Positions 27,384 through 28,627 of a DNA stretch of 28,627 nucleotides are shown here, piece after piece. The stretch comes from a virus (Duplodnaviria; Caudoviricetes). Below the pieces are notes generated by a model. The model ran no database searches. It saw nothing but the letters and a program-made list of their open reading frames with translations, and was not told the DNA's origin. The number at the start of each line of letters is the position of its first letter. The stretch's first letter is position 1. The stretch is from the IMG/VR virus record IMGVR_UViG_3300020408_000030, positions 1-28,627 of that record, one strand, 5' to 3'. The position numbers and the translations under genes were made by a program.

Positions 27384-28627
27384 ATGGCAATAACAATAAC
27401 GACCAATACATTGAGTACTAATGCAAAGTACATCAATTATTCTGCGTCAACAGCTGCTGCCGATGCCAAGGATTTGTTGCTCGCTATTGCTAATGCGCTT
27501 GTAGCGATGCCAGCACCAAATCAGTGGACAAGAGTAGATACAGCTGGTTCTACCGCAGTACTTAACGCAAATGATGACGGAACCGTAGTTCTTAGAAGAC
27601 AATGTGAAGATTTTGCAGATAGTGGACATTATCAATTTCTTGGTATAAGTTTATCAAGTGATGGTAGTGCATACACTATGAAATTAACACATTGTGCAGC
27701 ATGGGGAACACTTAGTTCTGCAACCGGATATAGTGGTGTGGCTAAAAGTCCAGATGACACATTTTCATTCGCTGATGGTTTAAGAATACCTGCAGGTTTA
27801 ATTAACTATAGTGCATCTGGTACAATATGGTTATTTAATGAAAACTTTGGAACATACTTTTGTTTTACTGGAACTGGTATTACACAAGGTTATGAAAATT
27901 CTTTTTATGTAGGAGAATACAAAAAAGATTTTGGTGAAAATGCTCCAACTGGAGAATATATACACAACGGTGTCGCAATTAATACAAGATACTGGTTTAA
28001 GGGAACTGGTGTTGGTGTTAATTTATTCCCAACATATTCCAGTTATGGATATTGGCCAATGGTAAGTAATTATGGACAATATTATAATTATGGTGGTGGT
28101 ACTGGTATGGCTTGGAGAGATAATGGTCCTGGTAGTTATATGTATGGCAATACTTACTATGCTACACATTATAGTAGACACGGTAATGAGTATAGATCGC
28201 AATTTGCTCTAACAGAATATCCTATCATTAATGATACTGAGACTGGTGATTCAAATAGACGAAAAAAAGGTTTTACAAAATCTTCTAGTGAAATTTCTTC
28301 ACCTGCAGCATGGGATCACACATGGCAAATTGGTACCTCAACTCGAGTTCACATGGGTTGGATGGGCTGGGTTGGCCATACACATAGAGGTAATGCATGT
28401 AGTATTATTTCACATTGGGATCAAAAAGATGCTGGTTCTGTACAGAACTATGGTGGAGATACATCTAGTGGAAGTTCGGAAGGTGGACCAGGATTATTTT
28501 CAAATGCAATGAATAAATATCGTCAAAGTTTTAGAACTTTAGGTATTAATCAAGGTACACCAGTTATTGGTTCAACTGCAATTGCTATATATGAACCAAC
28601 ATTAAGTTGTGGAATGTTAAATGCTCA
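27384..28627 (+). CDS. 3'-truncated hypothetical virion protein, over 410 aa (absent from the ORF track)
   Basis: Translated by hand from ATG 27384: MAITITTNTLSTNAKYINYSASTAAADAKDLLLAIANALV... open to the window end; late promoter and AGGAG RBS upstream; Gly/Tyr/Trp-rich. Confidence 0.8.
   Translation, partial: MAITITTNTLSTNAKYINYSASTAAADAKDLLLAIANALVAMPAPNQWTRVDTAGSTAVLNANDDGTVVLRRQCEDFADSGHYQFLGISLSSDGSAYTMKLTHCAAWGTLSSATGYSGVAKSPDDTFSFADGLRIPAGLINYSASGTIWLFNENFGTYFCFTGTGITQGYENSFYVGEYKKDFGENAPTGEYIHNGVAINTRYWFKGTGVGVNLFPTYSSYGYWPMVSNYGQYYNYGGGTGMAWRDNGPGSYMYGNTYYATHYSRHGNEYRSQFALTEYPIINDTETGDSNRRKKGFTKSSSEISSPAAWDHTWQIGTSTRVHMGWMGWVGHTHRGNACSIISHWDQKDAGSVQNYGGDTSSGSSEGGPGLFSNAMNKYRQSFRTLGINQGTPVIGSTAIAIYEPTLSCGMLNA

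Noticed and set aside
349-27635. Short minus-strand ORFs in the track (e.g. 349-561, 2819-3040, 11220-11543, 25629-25883, 27447-27635)
   Set aside because: All lie antisense to long, well-supported plus-strand genes and show no recognisable motifs; they are likely shadow ORFs.
11792-28512. Short alternative-frame plus-strand ORFs (11792-11974, 19533-19727, 24965-25159, 26779-26967, 28231-28512)
   Set aside because: They are nested out of frame in larger genes with no clear RBS; 28231-28512 lies inside the real ORF starting at 27384.
1-28627. Stop-codon reassignment, tRNA genes, introns or intrinsic terminators
   Set aside because: Genes tile densely under the standard code, with TAA, TAG and TGA all ending coupled genes. 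Intergenic gaps are under about 55 nt and show no convincing GC-rich hairpin or cloverleaf.

Overview
This window is a dense, all-plus-strand stretch of the virion morphogenesis region of a T4-like myophage; gene order and content resemble marine T4-like phages. It begins with the 3' end of a probable gp5 hub/spike gene carrying a VgrG3-like muramidase domain, then PAAR (gp5.4), an unannotated 40-aa metallothionein-like peptide (13 Cys, with its own late promoter and RBS), gp25, gp6, a short gp7, a gp9/gp10-N-like protein, gp8, a 1812-aa DUF4815/VrlC-like virion protein and several small virion genes. A tightly coupled, AT-richer cassette of seven enzyme genes follows (three glycosyltransferase-like, one SAM methyltransferase, two SPASM/twitch radical SAM, one kinase-like), and then repeat-rich tail-fibre-like genes. 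The outer virion proteins are strongly enriched in an Asp-Ser-small motif. My main hypothesis (inference) is a phage-encoded virion glycosylation/modification system acting on those DS sites. All family assignments come from motif recognition and gene order; no database searches were run.
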